Below are positions 1-13,000 of a stretch of 64,000 nt of DNA, one piece after another. Source of the DNA: Lingula anatina (lineage: Eukaryota > Animalia > Brachiopoda). The position numbers were made by a program, and so were the translations under genes. Location: NCBI GenBank assembly GCA_051362555.1, contig CM120642.1, forward strand, positions 17,236,001 to 17,300,000, in the 5' to 3' direction. The notes below the pieces were generated by a model. The model searched no databases. It saw only the letters and a program-made list of their open reading frames with translations, and was not told the origin of the DNA. How positions within the stretch are numbered: the first letter of the stretch is position 1; the number at the start of each line of letters is the position of its first letter.

Positions 1-3000
1 CAGCAGAGTCCTGTATTCATTAACAAACAGTTCCTTACTCCCGTATATGTTCACCAGCATGCTTATTATGTCTGATGTCCTTCTGCTTTTACTTGTCTTA
101 GCTGAAATCAAAGATCATGCAATAAATGAATGATTGTATAATATTGCTAAAGGATTTATAATGCAGTAGACTGCATAACTCCTTGATTCGAAGTATAAGT
201 CAAATTATTGTTTATCTTGAACAAACTTTGTTTATATTACATTTTGCTTTGGTATTAGCTGATAAACACTGCTTAACTCTAATCTTCTTCAATTTTTTTT
301 TTATCCATAATGGTTCGGGTCTACTCTTACTTATCGTATAAAATATCTCAAACTATCATTAACGCATACAAAATGTTCACTCCTCATCAAAAAAGATCAC
401 ACAGAGCAGGCTACCAGAAATGTATTAATAGCATGACAATAAACATTACTAGATTAAAAACAAATCTGAGTCAGAGAAGAACAGACCTGGATCAGCATCC
501 ACAGGATCTGGCATCCAGTTTTCCCAATCCTCATCCTCCTCATCACTCTGACACGTCTCATCCAGCACCAGTGTGTTCCCCTTGAATAACTCCTCTGATA
601 ACTCATTACTGCCCTCTTCTGTTAGACTGGCAACTATACAGCGGACTGTGTCATCTCTTGATCTAGATATATTATATATAATATTATACATAGAATAACT
701 CCTATGATAACTCATTACTGCCTTCTTCTGTCAGACTCGCCACTATACAGCGGACTGTGTCATCTCTTGATCTAGATATATTATATATAATATTATACAT
801 AGAATAACTCCTCTGATAACTCATTACTGCCTTCTTCTGTCAGACTGGCCACTATACAGCAAACTGTGTCATCTCTTGACCTAGATACAGTATTATACAT
901 AGAATAACTCCTCTGATAACTCATTACTGCCCTCTTCTGTCAGACTGGCAACTATACAGCAGACTGTGTTGTCTTTTATTCTATGTATTATAATAAATCT
1001 TTAAAATACCCTTACCTTATAAAAAAAAAAAAAAAAAAAAAAAAACTGGATAGAATTAGTCAGTTTAATGACTATTACTGGAATTTACACATTAACTGAC
1101 ATAAATAATTAACCTTAAGTGTGTAAACAAGACAAATACATAATGTTTCACATGAAATCACACAAACACAATATGAATTAATATACACTCACACATAAAT
1201 AACCAAACTGGTTAACTTATATTATTCATTATTTACATAAAAATTCAAACTTAATTTTAACAGTTTTCCACACCTTAAATACTTCCTGACAGGCTCACAG
1301 ACAAGTTCCAGCAGGACTCCAGTGGGATCCAGCACTCTGAGGGCTCTGATTGACGAGATGTAGGCTGTCAGGATGTCAGTGGTATTTACACCTGCGAAAG
1401 ATAAAAAAAGAGCCAATACTATATGCCTTCAAATCCATTTCAAAATTTATTTACATCTGTGCTTAATTTCATTAAAGCTTTAAAAACTACTGCATTACGC
1501 CTTTCACATGTAACATGACAAACTGTCACATCTAACACATTTTGACTACACAACTGTTACTGACTGACTGAACTTGAAGGTAACTTCAGCATTTGTGGAA
1601 AAACAAAACTGAAATTATACAACAAAGAATTATGCTAAATGCAGAATTCGAATAAATTTCAGCTGAGGTGTCACTGCACTGGAGGCAGATTCAGGTAGTT
1701 CAGTATCATCTCTTTTCGGACTACCCACAGACAAAACATGACCCTAGTTTCTGACATCAAAATGGAGTTCCTAATATCAATGTGGTCAATACCACTGTCA
1801 ACATTTACAACAATGTCTATGTCAGCCGGTCAACTATTCTCTAGTATTCACAATATGGATAATATTCATGTTATCAAGTACTATCCGAAGGAATTAACAT
1901 CATTTACAGGAGTTTTTTTCTATGGTACCGCAGTTACAACAGCTTTCATATATAACACATTCAGACTGGCACCTCTTCCATTGCTAACACATACAAACTG
2001 TCACGCCTACTGCAGTGACACACTCATTTCATACCTGGATGCAGCAACCTGTTCTCAAATGCCGTCTTCAGCTCCTTCACCAAATGTCCTCTGAGGTCAG
2101 TCTTCTGAAGACATACCTGAAATAATGAAAGGACTACAAATTTACACTGACAAATTCAATGTCTTGAGACAATATATAAAGTTGCCAAAAAAGTGTACAC
2201 TAAAATGAAAAAAGATTAAAGGGATACTAACTCTTCGTATGAGATCTATATTTCACAATAAAAACATTGTGAATAAATCATAGAAATATAATATATTCTG
2301 TTTTACCACAAAAATGGCAGTTATAGCTATTATTCTGATATCTGAGCTTGTCTTTAGACCACTTGACCTCCATTGATGGCTATACTCTGTTAAAATCTCT
2401 TAAGAGATTTTAACAAAAAACCAAACTTTTTAGAAAAAAAACAGGGACTAACTTTGAATGTTAAAATGGATTCATTAACCATTGGTAAGTATGGGAAAAT
2501 TGTTGTTTACTCCAGGAAAATTCATTTTTTGGCCGAAACGAAGAGTTATTATCCCTTTAAATTCTTCTTCCCCAATTTAATCTTTTCTCAGTTACATGTA
2601 TGTGTACAAAGTTATATTCTCTTTTCTTAGTCTGTAAATAGGAAAGACCATTGCTTACATGTGGTAACTAGAGTGATACATGTACTTTCCTATTAGTTAG
2701 AGGCTGCTAAATTTTTTAAATAAAAAAATCTCCTTCCCTTAATACCTTTAAGTCATCAAGAGCTGGTCTAGACTCAGGGAAGTCGACAATGATATTGAAC
2801 AACTGCTCTATCCTAGCACGGCCATACGTATCATACAGGTAATGCTGGAGCCTGGCTTTTAATGAGCTGATGTCCTTCCCACCATAGATCAGAGTTAACC
2901 AGCCTAAGACGGTCACATCCAGCCACTGTAAGTGTCAACACAGCAGGCTTTAACTGTTTAAGATATACTACTGTTCAACTGGTGTTCAAATGTCAATCCA

Positions 3001-4280
3001 TATTTTTTAATTTAAAAAAGAAAAATTATATTCTAACTCAAAGTGCATTTTACTAACTATTTAAGTATTACAGTAAAAAAAGTAATGTTTTTTTTATCAT
3101 ATCATAAACATTTGTAACCTAATTTCAAAAGAATGCCAAACATTACAACAATGTATATTATTTATACCACATAAGCACTTAGTATTGAGATCATAGTTCC
3201 TTTATAAACTTTAATACTAAATCTTATATTTTTCACTCATAAAAAAAGGCTTTACAAACAGTGCATCCTGAATAAAACCAAGTATTAGTATTTTTGTACT
3301 AATTTATCATTTCATCATTAAGAATTTTCATACTTGATAGAAGAATGAATTATGAAGTTCAATATATTTGGCAATTTGCTAGTACTCACATTCTCTAAGA
3401 AAGCCACATAGGATGTCTCAAAGTTTCCCTTGCATGTGTGCTCTATGTAAAGTTTGAAGTCCTCGTTGGTAATAGAAGTCACTGACCCTCCCGAGATATA
3501 TTCTAGTAATCCTAGTTCATCACTGAAAGATAAATTCCATTTTTATTTATCTATTGGTTAGATAATCCTTGTGTATTACAGTATTCCCATTTTGGAGTCA
3601 TTCTATATCAGACTCCTAAACTTTACTGTAACTATTTATACTTGCATAATATTTCTGTCAATTTGAAATTATATTTCTACCACCCACAATATTCTGACTG
3701 GTCATTTGGCTTTACCACCAAACTGGCAAAGTATGGATTTTCCTTTTTTATATATTCAGATAAAGAAGACAAGTACTTAATAATAAATATTATAAACAAA
3801 AATAAACATTGAATATTAAATATTCTAAATAAACACATAAACTTCTTTAAAAATTCTCAGAAAAACTGTGCATTCATCAGGTATGTTACAGTGTATACAT
3901 GCATACATCAATTTTTGACCATTGTCAATCAAAAAGTGAACTGACTAGATATAAATTATGGCTAAGATTAAAGAGCTGAGGATTTATAATAACCACATTT
4001 GAAGAACTTACAGTTGCTTGTTAAATGTTTGAAATTTCCCCATGATACTGTCACACTGACAGCTTTCCAGGAGTTCATTACAACCCTGGCACTTGAGACT
4101 TTCTTCTTCTTCCTCCTTATCTTCACCTGATGAAGAATAATGAAAAATATTTTCCATAAAATACAAATCGGTATAATAGTATAGGATATACAAATCAGTA
4201 TAAAAGTATAGGATAATCTTTGAAAATTAACTGCCATCTACTAAAAAAACTTTTCATGTTTAATTTGACAAGCACTAAAA

Positions 4281-4316
<36 letters not shown>

Positions 4317-6795
4317 GATAACACGTAACACAAAATATAAATAATAAAATTGAAAAATAAATATAACTAAATTTTTTTAATTAAAATTTCAATCTTATGA
4401 CCAACTTCAGCACTGAAAAAAATCTTTTGCAGTATCTCAAACAAAACAAAACATACCATTCTGCTGATTCCTATGGTTATAAATCTTAACAGCTTGGGAG
4501 TATGCCTTGTGCACTGCCTCGTGGAAACATTTGGGAGGACAGAAGAATATCACAGCTTTGAAAACCCTCTGAGCTGTCTGTCTCACACTTTCTGGCTGTA
4601 CTAACCTCTCTTCCTGGGCTCCTAAATGCTGACATATTAAGTCCAATCTTTCAAAACAAGGAAAATAACTGGACAGGTACTGATATAGTTCATCTATAGA
4701 ATTGTACAGTGTGTTTACATCTGTTGTGCTAGTGTTATAGCTTTTCCAAAATCTGGTAGAAACGTTCTGCCTGATGTCTTGCTTTAGTATTTCTAGGAAA
4801 TATTCCTGAATAACTTCCCCCATGCCATGATTCCTCAGAATATCCGCAGCCACACATAGTTGCTCTCTACTTGCAGGCTGATTCTGTAAGTTAGAAAATA
4901 ATGAATTGCTGATCTTTACAGTGTAAATTACATTAGACTTACAGTGCAGAGTTGCCTCAGTTTTCGGCCTTACAAGCTCACGGTACCCTTACCGCTGGTA
5001 AGGCCTCATAGCAGTATGTACAAAAAACTTGAGACACTTATAAGTACCTCAAAATGTCCACGTTCTGACAATCTCTGTGGGTCCTCCGTTGTACCTTGTA
5101 GTATGTAAATCCAATTAAAAGTGTTTTCGTGTACCTTCAGGCACGAAGTTCATAAAGTTTTGGTCACTTTATTTCAGCTTCCTACTGCACCGACACAACA
5201 GCACGCCATATTGTGGTACACTTGCGGAAAGGACGACCACCTTGCAAGGTTGACCTCGAAATGAAGTTGACCTGTTTCACGTTTCCAATGTAAACTTTTA
5301 GCGCCCTCGGGTGACGAGTTGTGAAAAATGGTGTTTGATCCATGTAGGCAACCTAGCTCCAGTTTATAATGTTTTACAAGCATTTGGCCATCCATTTGCG
5401 CTTCTGACGAATTTGGCCTACCTTTGCCTTAAAACCTACATGAAAAAATATTTGAGAAATTTTATAATTATAGTATTTTATAGCAATAAAAATATATTTA
5501 AAAATCACGTATTGTTTTATATTTTTTAATTATTAGTAGTATTATATTTTCGCCCTTAATCAAAATACATACATGAATTACATTAAAAGGAAATTATTTT
5601 TACTTATTTTTTTAATCAATTTTTTTATTTTTTTATTTTTATTTCTTTGTTTTGTTTATTTATTATTTTATGGATGACATGCTCGAGCTCTGGTGTTCCA
5701 AACACTCCTGGGAGAGGACAAAAAATGATAAAATAAAAATAAATAAATAAATTGCAGCTCAAGTCAAAAATACAAGACTGGAAATGAAAAATGAACCGCA
5801 AAACGAATAGGTGTCATTCACTCTGGGAACATCAAACAGTTACCAGTCATTTATTTCATTTTTGCATCACACTAACGACTTCAAGGCCTCTGTACACCTT
5901 AACCTCTTCCTCAAAAGAAATAAAAATAAATAAATTGAGAAAAAAATAAGTAAAACATTTTTTCCTTTTAATGTAATTCATGTATGTATTTTGATTAAGG
6001 GCGAAAATATAATACTACTAAAAATAAAAAATAAAACAATACGTGATTTTTAAATATATTTTTATTGCTATAAAATACTTTAATTATAAAATTTCTCAAA
6101 TATTTATTCAAGTAGGTTTTAGGGCAAAGGTAGGCCAAATTCGTCAGAAGCGCAAATGGATGGCCAAATGCTTGTAAAACATAAACTGGAGCTAGGTTGC
6201 CTACATGGATCAAACACCATTTTTCACAACTCGTCACCCGAGGGCGCTAAAAGTTTACATTGGAAACGTGGAACAGGTCAACTCCATTTCAAGGTCGACC
6301 TTGAAAAGGTGGTCGTCCTTTCCGCAAGTGTACCACAATATGGCGTGCTGTTGTGTCGGTGCAGGAGGAAGCTGAAATAAAGTGACCAAAACTTTATGAA
6401 CTTCGTGCCTGAAGGTACACGAAAACACTTTTAATTGGATTTACATACTACAAGGTACAACGGAGGACCCACAGAGATTGTCAGAACGTGGACATTTCGA
6501 GGTACTTATAAGTGTCTCAAGTTTTTTGTACATACTGCTATGAGGCCTTACCAGCGGTAAGGGTACCGTGAGCTTGTAAGGCCGAAAACTGAGGCAAAGT
6601 GCAGAGGCATATACAGTATCTCATCATCTGTCAAGCCAACAACTGTACGTCTGCCAACAACAGATATTTAGTTTACATATTTAGAGAATAATGCATCCGT
6701 TTTGTAAAATGTATACCTACCGGCACGTTTTGTGGGGAGAGGGCACCAGTAATAAAGTTCCAAGCAGCATTGACATTTTCAACAGCTACCGCCAT
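1..6795 (-). CDS. ANAPC2: Anaphase-promoting complex subunit 2 (APC2, cullin-like), 5' part of a multi-exon gene; 3' end lies outside the window
   Basis: Phase-consistent GT-AG exons on the minus strand: 6795-6721 (MAVAVENVNAAWNFITGALSPQNVP), 4883-4457, 4126-4012, 3522-3390, 2925-2746, 2116-2035, 1391-1274, 662-487, 101-<1. Peptides ARIEQLFNIIVDFPESRPALDDLK, RLLHPGVNTTDILTAYISSIRALRVLDPTGV, SRDDTVRCIV, WMPDPVDADP and SDIISMLVNIYGSKELFVNEYRTLL are APC2 hallmarks. Confidence 0.95.
586..985 (-). repeat. Tandem repeat (about 4 units of 109/109/100 bp) made from the acceptor and 5' part of an ANAPC2 exon
   Basis: TCATTACTGCC recurs at 603, 712, 821 and 921. Each unit carries the SRDDTVRCIVASLTEEGSNELSEEL-like coding segment plus adjacent intron. 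Confidence 0.9.
4952..6597. mobile_element. Non-autonomous foldback / Mutator-like (MULE) DNA transposon with about 690-bp terminal inverted repeats, in ANAPC2 intron 1
   Basis: Ends TTGCCTCAGTTTTCGGCC...GGCCGAAAACTGAGGCAA; arms about 4952-5645 and 5913-6597 are near-identical inverted copies (mirror ORFs 5174-5395 minus / 6156-6380 plus); perfect 9-bp TSD AGTGCAGAG at 4943-4951 and 6598-6606. No transposase ORF. Confidence 0.88.
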
Positions 6796-7019
6796 TTCTC
6801 TGTGTTTACCAATGTAGCCGGTAGGCGGTGCTTCGAAAAATAAAAACACAAATAACTATTTACCAGCATTATTTTTAAATAACATATAGAATTTCAATAA
6901 AATATATTGAAAATTGCAAATTTTATGTAATGCTGGGATACAATCACTTATTTATTTACAAAAGTTGAGAGTTCAAAGCTTTTCTTGTTCTTTTATATTA
7001 AAGTTCGAAAACGAGCAGC
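6796..7019. promoter_or_regulatory. Bidirectional promoter / 5'UTR region shared by ANAPC2 and ACTR5
   Basis: ANAPC2 ATG at 6795 (minus) and ACTR5 ATG at 7020 (plus) diverge with only 224 bp between them. Confidence 0.75.
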
Positions 7020-10000
7020 ATGGCGGCACCAGAAGGTAAGTTTTCAGTAATCGGCTGAAATTTAGTGGATTCCGTCCTATTTAAGCAAGTTTAAGTACAA
7101 ACAAAGATGCAAAATAATTATGCAGTATTTTATACATCATGTGATTTTTTAATTTATTTTTTATTTATTTCGAAATCAACTTAAGACGCCTGGGAATATC
7201 GCGAAGCATGAATTTGGTTTTGGTCTTGTTGTTTACAAAGCCTTAAATCATTAACTCATCCTAAATGTAGCCTTGGTTACTTAAAAAAATCCCTAATTAT
7301 CGTGTGTTTTGCTGTGGTATAAAAATGTACAATAAGTAGCTGTGAATAGTAACTAATGTACATTTTGCTCGACTAGTATAATTTATTAAAAATACTGTTT
7401 TCCCGTTTACTATGAAATTGACTTTGTTTGTAACAATTTACTATATAGGGTAAAATATAGTCTAAGAAGCAGGTCATACCAGGCACTGATGCTTACTTGT
7501 ACACAGTTGATCTTTTCATAAAATTTTGAAATTTAGTGCTAGTACAGTGCTATTTTTCAACTGTTTGTTTAAAAAAAAAGAACATTGGGATGTTGCAGAG
7601 ATGGGTACTCTGTGTAGGTGTACAGAATTGCATCACATCTGTAATGAAATATGTGGTAACTTACACTTGTATTATCTATCAGATATCTAGAAGAAAAATG
7701 ACATTTCATATATAAGAACTAACTTGTATGTCAGTCGATCCATTATTTGACGTTCTTTCAGATGATCCCCATGTGTTCACTTTCAAAGATGAAAAACCAA
7801 GTCCAGATCCAGTCTTTGAGTATCCAGACTCACTCAGAGATTCACGTATCCCACTGATCATAGATAATGGTAAAGTGCTTGTATTAAAGTAACCTTGCTC
7901 AGTATTGATTGTTGATTAGAAAAAAAAATACCATAAACCATAAAGCACATTCAAGTAAAATACTGATGCAAGGATGCCAGCCTATCACATATTCCATCCT
8001 CTTGTAAGAATCCTTTTCCTTTCTCTTCCATACAAATGTGTCAAACTATATACAAAAGATCTTAAAAGGAAAAAACTAGCCTCATAGACATCTTACAATA
8101 TATTAAAAGTCATCATATCTAAAGAAAAATGTGTGATCACTCACTGTTTTAATTTTATGAAAATTAGTGGTATTGTGTAAAATCATATGTGGTAATCTGC
8201 TTGTAAGAAAATTTTGACTTTATACAGGCTTTCTCTAGAATTGTTGTATGTTTTAGACTATAAGCTAAAATTTTATATTATTTTAACATGGATATCCAAT
8301 ATAACTTACAGTATTATTTTGGCTTGCTAAAACTTTTTGCAATGAATGATCATACTGTTATAATGGTTTTAGGTTCCTACCAGTGCAGGGCAGGCTGGGC
8401 CAGTGATGAAAAACCAAAGATGATCTTTAAAAACTTGGTGGCCAGACAGAGGGGGAAAAAGGTAATGTGTAAACCAGGGGTGGATCTAGAATTATTTTCT
8501 GACAGTCTTCCAAATTATATTTGTTGATCCATCCTCTATTACTGACTGTCTTCTGACAGAAGAAATTAGTCATTGTCAATGTAAACTTAAAATTTAACTG
8601 TCACCTGGAAGACCCAGAAGACGACTTCAATCTGCCCCTGTAAACTGCCAATATTCTGTATTGAATGTGAATGAAGATCTGAGAAAGATTTGGGTAACTT
8701 TGTCACCACACCAGACATGTATTTCATGCTGATAGATTTACTTTTCATGCATGTGAATATTACTTTTTCAACTTTCTAGTTTTATCTTACTTCTTATATT
8801 TAGTGAATAAGGAAATATAAAGGACAGAACTTATTTTGAATCATAAATCGCTAAAATGTACAGTATTTGTTACTAGTTTTGCATTATTTCAGGATCTAGA
8901 TGCTCTGATAGGAAATGACATAGGAAACCTTGAGGTTATGAGATGGCAGCTGAAGAGTCAGTTTGACAGGAATATTGTCACACAGTTTGATCTACAGGTT
9001 AGTAGGAGCAATAAATAATATAAGTATCCATTAAATAAATATTTTGCATTACCTAATAAAACAAGACTTAGTGTACACTTTAAATTGTCACTTTTTGCTT
9101 TCCATTTTGATGTTGAAAGAGAGTTCTGTTGAGAAACTCGGTCGCAGTGGATGGAATCGGTACAATACCTTGTGAAGCAAAGAGTTGCAGTTGTTTGCTC
9201 ACTTTTATCATATTCCGTCAGTATTTATTTATATTTTTTAATCAGCTTGTTCTCAACTTTTAAGTGTATGTTCATTTTACTGAAAATCTGTTGCTCATTT
9301 GTGAAGACACAAATGTGAATTTCCATACTTTTAATACTTGAAAACTTGAGCAAGTTATGTTGAATGTTTGAACTTTCTTATAAGTGCTGCATACCCGTTG
9401 ACCTATATTCATGACCTAATTCCAGGAGCAAGTTCTAGATCACCTGTTCTCCCACCTTGGTATCAACACCCAGGGCCAGGTGGACCACCCAGTGGTCATG
9501 ACAGAACCTGTCTGTAACCCCAACCACTGCAGGCAACGTAAGATTTGGCTTCCTTTGAGAATTCTTGTTGGCTAAATAAATCTGTAAATAAGAACTCCTC
9601 AGCTTATTATCTTCTTGTGTCAAGCAACCCAAACCGCTGTAGGCAACGTAAGATTTGGCTTTTCTGAGAATTCTTGTTGGATAAATAATTCTGTAAATAA
9701 CATCTCCTCTTTTTATTATCTTATTGTGTCAAGTATCTTGTTGTGCACAATAATTTTTAGAGATGGCCAATTATTTGAGAAAATATCTTTTTCAGAGATG
9801 TCTGAGCTTCTGTTTGAGGGATATCATGTACCACAAGTGGCTTATGGTGTGGATTCTTTATTTAGCTTTTATAAAAATCATGCAACCCCAGGCAAGTAGT
9901 TTTTTATTTACTTCTTAAAATATTTCAGTTCCTAGATAAGCACTAGAAATGATTAAGAAAGGGTAAGAATATTTTTTAAAAAATAATTGTTTTTCATCAT

Positions 10001-13000
10001 TATCATAGTAAAATATAATTTTGCAGTGTGCAGTGATAATCATATTTTCCATATTTTAATATTCAAACATTAAAATGTTTGATGTATGATCTGAGGCTAG
10101 ACAAAGTCATTTATCATTAGACTGGTCAGATATCATATATTCGCCATATATACTGATTAAAAGAAGAACAACAACTTATAGTCAGAATTGCTTTGCTTAA
10201 ACAACCATGATGTAGCATGATGCTTTTTTAAAACTATTTACTTTTTAACATCTTAACAGACAAGACAATATTTAAAAAAACTTTTTCACCTCTTTAAAAT
10301 AATAATTTATTTTAAATTTATGTTTACTCCAGAGACCGCTAATGGCATTGTTGTTTCATGTGGCTACCAGAGTGTCCATCTCCTGCCTGTGAAGAATGGA
10401 AGACTGGACGCTGGTCACTGCAGGAGGATCAATACCGGCGGCTGCCATCTGGACGCCTTCATGCATCGCATGCTGCAGCTGAAATTTCCTGGTCACATGG
10501 CAGCTATTACTCTCAGTAGAGCTGAGGTAAACATGGCACGCTCTTTAGATAGTTAAAGTTGTCTTACAAAATACTGGATGTGAATTTATAACCACTCAGA
10601 TGCTTTTTTTTTTGCCCAGTGTGAATTATTAAATGCAATATTTTCATACATTCTTAAAAAGAGTAAAAGTCATTACTATGTATTTTTCATTTTGCAAAAG
10701 AGATTCTGCAATATCTTTTACTTGTATTTTAAAGATATTTCTCCTATGATAATGTTATTCATTAGGAGCTAGTAAGAGAGCATACCCACATGGCAACAGA
10801 TTACATAAATGAGTTAGAAGAATGGGCTGATGTTGACTATTATGAGGACCATGTACACAAAATACAACTTCCATATACTGCAGTAAGTAATACTGGTAGA
10901 GGATATGTCTGTTGTTTACTCAATGTATTCTTACCATCTGCTTACAAGCTCACATGTAAGGAGATAAGTAAAAGAAGGGTACTCAAACTTGTTATAATGA
11001 TTGTATTAATATTATTCAGGTCTGCAACTCAGGAGAAAAAGAATGATTGATATGTAATAAGTGGATAGATGTGAATTTAAAAAATGGTGCAGTGCAAAAA
11101 TATTACGCTAATGTGAATTTTCATTTTTTTTTCAGCAACCAAGCAATACATTAACTGCAGAGCAACAAAAAGAAAAGAAAGAACAACAGATAAGAAGATT
11201 AAAGGAAATTAATGCCAAGAAGAGATTAGAAAGGGTAAAACATTCATTTTAATATGTTTATCTTTACATTGTGCATGAACTATTTATCTTATGTAAATGA
11301 ACAGTCATCTTACTTCACTGATTATAACAACATTGATTTATAAAACAAGCTTAATGACTATACATTTTATTTAAGAACTGTAGTGACTGTAAGTTGTTGA
11401 AGGAAGGGCTCCTTACCTCTCTCTCTATCTCTGTTTATTTAATATGTCCCATAATATTTGCAGTTGGCAGCAGACCAAGAAAGACTCCAGCAGTTGATGA
11501 GTGTTCAGGAACTGATGGCTGATGATGATGAAGAGGCTTTCAATGTGAGAATTAACCAGTGTTTGTCATGTTAACGCTTAAATGCTGATTGTTTGATAGA
11601 TTGCTTTTTATTTTTTTCTCTCCTCTGTTTAACTTTTTAATTACTGGATTTAGATTTATGCAATAAATTAAGTATTTTGTTTTTAAATTACCATCTGATT
11701 GCTGTGAAGGTCATTCTTACATGCAAGATTTGTGCTTTAACATGTAGTATGTATATGCTTAGCAAATATGATAGTGAAAACGAATTAAAATTTTTTTTTA
11801 GTTCATAATTTACAACAATCACACTGTAATTGACTGGTTTTGAGGATTGAGTGCCTGCATGCTTGAGTGCGTGCATGCTTGCACATGTTAGTGTTTGCGT
11901 TTAATTACTGAAGTAATGATCCACACAAATACCACTTTTCAGAAAGCTTTAGATGACTTAGAGTTTTCTGACCCCATGGAACTGCAGGAAGCTATTAATA
12001 AGCTGAGTTCCTCTATACAGAGAGCTAAGGACAAGGTGATGGGGGTTCAGACACAGAAGGAAGAAGAACCGGAGGTCAGTAAACATGTGATTGAACATTT
12101 TTGTTTAATCTCAGACAGTCACTGTGAAATTTGATAATGAGATGTTTTGATTATCAGTAGTGCAATCATTTTTTATGAATAATTCCCTTCTTGTAAATTT
12201 ATCATTTTCTAGGGATGAATTTATTTGAATTCCCATGAGTTGAAAGTCCTGTGCCAGTAATAATATTGTAACATTAAAAAAGACTGAATTTTAAATATAT
12301 TTTGAACACTTTCATCATAAAGTTTGTTCATCATTTTTAGACTGTTTTACGTCTCTGCTTTCATCAGTTTTGTCATTATTGATGGCTTTGCAGCCTTCAA
12401 GTTGTTTAGAATAAGAAGCAATACATCTTCCTTTGACACAAGCTCTAATATAAGATTTTACGTTTAAAATGAATTCTATTAAATGTTTCACTGCACTGAA
12501 TAATTTGGTAGTATTTGAATAATCTGAGTTCCGAGAATTTTTTTTTTGTTTGTGAATGTAGAACAGAATGGTTTTAACAGTATATTAAAAATATATATTT
12601 TTTTATTCATTACAAATTCAGGATTTTTATAAATAATATTTCTAGACAAAGCAACCCGTATATGACCTCTTGGACACTCCTGATGACATGCTGACTGATG
12701 ACCTGCTCCAGAAGAAGAAGAGACAACAATTCCTCAAGGCTGCAGCAGAGGGCCGAGCCAAGGCCAGGAAACTGAATGAAGAAAAGAGAAAACAAGTAAA
12801 CTGATGACAATTTTGAAATAATCTACTTTGATACCAAAAATATATTCAACTTTTTTGCCATATGTTAAATATTCAATTTAGCATATGTAATATGAAAAAA
12901 AAACTTCTTTAAACTCTGTGCCAAATCCACTGATTTGAAAAAAGAAAATGACAAAATTGATCTGTTAGTGACACCAGAATTATTAGACTGGAACAGGGAT

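Noticed and set aside
5174-6380. Mirror-image ORFs (5174-5395 minus / 6156-6380 plus; 5311-5529 plus / 5995-6237 minus)
   Set aside because: By-products of the foldback inverted arms; they differ by frameshifts and show no protein motifs.
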